DNA of 64,000 nucleotides from Cenococcum geophilum (Eukaryota): NCBI GenBank assembly GCA_050273025.1, contig CP158635.1, positions 21,762,001 to 21,826,000 of the forward strand, read 5' to 3'. Shown piece by piece: positions 62,001 to 64,000 of this stretch (position 1 is its first letter; each line of letters starts with the position of its first letter). The notes under the pieces were generated by a model. It saw only the letters and a program-made list of their open reading frames with translations, ran no database searches and was not told where the DNA came from. The position numbers and the translations under genes were made by a program.

Positions 62001-62789
62001 AGACGAGGCTGGTCTTTCTGACCACGACCGTCCGATAGCACCATATGGATGCTTGGAACTAGGCTGTGAGAGTCGATTTCTAGGCAAAAGTAGTGCGTCT
62101 TCACCGTCCTCGGATATGTCTACATCTTCCACTGCCACGGCAGCTCTACCAAGATCCCCCCGTCTCCTTCCCAAAGAGTTATACGCATAGTTATTGAGGT
62201 CTGGGTGCTGCGACGGTGGTATGAAAGGACTTTGACGACCCCGGTAGGTTTCGGGGCCAATGGTTTCTGGAGAGACGGGTTCGGAAACTTCCTCGATAAC
62301 GCTTGGGCCAATAGATTCAACGGATAGACTCCCTTCGCTCTGATCTGTATCGTGGGATAAATGAGGTGCGCGGCGCGTAGAGTTTCCATCGGAGTCTGTG
62401 AAGCTTCGACCACCGTGGAAGGAATCGGAATCCAGGGCATACGAAGCTAGTTCTTGTGTCTTCTCGCGGACGCCATGTGACGAGTACTGAGGCGTGTCTA
62501 CTTGAGAGGTAAGTAAGAATCAAGACGGATCCTTAGGTTTTGGAGCACCAGTACCTGAAGATCCATGGGATGCCTGGTGGAAGAAGGATCTCGCGGGTGT
62601 TCTCTGCGTGAATGAGGACGAAAGAATGGAGCCGGAAGTGGAAGATGGAGATCTTGCAGTACCCAGACGGGCTTGTCCTGCTTGGTCTCTGGTGAAATCC
62701 CCGTCTTCTACAGTGTGACTGGTGAAGGGAAGCTGCTGCTGGGCCGAAGCTGAGGACTCCCCAGACCGTCTTATGAGGCGTGTAGGCAT
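59046..62789 (-). CDS. VSB1: SulP/SLC26-family transporter with STAS and cNMP-binding domains (yeast Vsb1/YGR125W-like), multi-exon
   Basis: [63 protein letters not shown], cNMP domain [12 protein letters not shown]; last exon YVLVTAS*. Confidence 0.92.
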
Positions 62790-63614
62790 CGCAAGAGCTA
62801 GAGTTCTTCTTACGCAAACGATGGAACATCCAAGGTCCTTACGACCTCAATGGCAGGCAAAGGGCGAGCTAGTTGAAGGCGGCAGTTCAGCTGGCGCAAT
62901 GGCTTAGTCCAGCAATTGACTGCACTCACACCCTAATCAGTTTGTGAACGCATCGAGAGAGCTAAACATGGTTGCGAAGGTTCTTCGAGACCGAATGACG
63001 GCAGGCGTCAGGTAGGGGTAGAAATTTCCCCACTCGGGCTTAAGCAGCGTGAGTCTCTATTCGCCGCCACTGCGGGACGTACAACCCTACTATGATAAAA
63101 TACTGACATGGCTGAAAGGCTATCTGCTGAAAGACGCGTCGCACCCAGTGGCATCAAAGAGCCTCTCCATCACACCACCGGTGCACGCCATTGCTTCAAG
63201 GTCAGAAAGCCGGCGAGACAGGCATCCCGCACGGCAGCTAGGCTATATCGGTCGGCCGTTGTTACAGTAGGCTTAGCGAGCCGCAAGCCGGCGCCTCAAG
63301 TCTCAGCAAATTTATTTTCGCGAGCGTCCGTTCCTAACGCGCCCGCAGGAGCATAATTGCTTTTTTTTACTCTAGCCCAGAAAAAGCCTTGGAAGCCCTG
63401 AATCCACTCCACCGGTGTTCTTCTCCGCACTCTAGGGGAACTAGCGGCGGACGTGCCCACGGCTGCACGGACAGAGTCATGATCCTACATAACCGCCTCC
63501 CTTCCGCTCATGTGATGCGATTAAGGTCAACCAGAGCGATGTCGGGACCGCCCACTCCATGCGCATTGCCTATAATGGTAATCCGACCTCTTCTTCAAGC
63601 ACCCCAGGAATATA

Positions 63615-63845
63615 CGGACGGAGCAAAAAGATATTTCTACTTCCTTTTTGTGACTAGTGGCTACCCCCATAAGGTCGCCAAAGTTATGGGGGCTCTGTCG
63701 CCTGAGTAACAAGATTTTATGCCCCTAGACCCGCCAAAGGCCCCCCAAAGAGGCCCAAAACCTCAGCAACCTTATGGGCACCTTATGGGGAGAAAACCAC
63801 TAGTCCCAAAAAGGAGGGGGAAATCTCCTTTTGCTCCGTCCCCCG
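63615..63845. mobile_element. Old TA-flanked MITE (~230 bp) with ~70-bp imperfect TIRs
   Basis: ta|cggacggagcaaaaagatatttc..actagtgg..ccccataaggt mirrors accttatgggg..ccactagt..gaaatctccttttgctccgtcccccg|ta. Confidence 0.75.
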
Positions 63846-64000
63846 TATAGAGAATATAGTCTCCGAGGCCTTTTCCACTTATAGGCTAATCAGCTGAGTC
63901 GCTGAAGATAGCCTTGTGCAATGAGGCGTTCAACATCGCCTTGCCGAACATAGAATTGGCTGTTCTTGGTCAAAGTGATAGCTCTGAATGCTAGTTAGCC

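Noticed and set aside
1..64000. Starship-type giant element
   Set aside because: No DUF3435 tyrosine-recombinase gene or boundary repeat was recognised in the window.

Overview
Filamentous ascomycete (fungal) DNA crossing from a RIP-mutated, AT-rich block of nested transposons (~1-40.6 kb) into a gene-containing, GC-balanced region (~41-64 kb). The TE block holds a Tad1-like LINE, a Plavaka (CMC-like) DNA transposon with subterminal minisatellites, and a candidate tRNA-headed SINE carrying the LINE's 3' tail. It also holds a Ty1/copia, two Ty3/gypsy elements (one complete chromovirus), a young 2.1-kb non-autonomous LTR element, two copies of a minisatellite-filled CATCAGG-TIR element, and a hAT element containing a 1.08-kb foldback. 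At the boundary sit two divergently transcribed genes for secreted, very Cys-rich proteins that share a ~66-aa C-terminal module but have unrelated N-termini. One of them has been split by the hAT insertion (8-bp TSD), and its last 20 codons lie 4.5 kb away. Next come MITEs and decayed gene fragments (DUF4238-like, permuted-papain-like, APH-like, TPR), then conserved genes: a UBTD-like gene, a Meu6-type PH gene and a Vsb1-like SulP-STAS-cNMP transporter. All calls come from reading the sequence by eye; no database searches were run.
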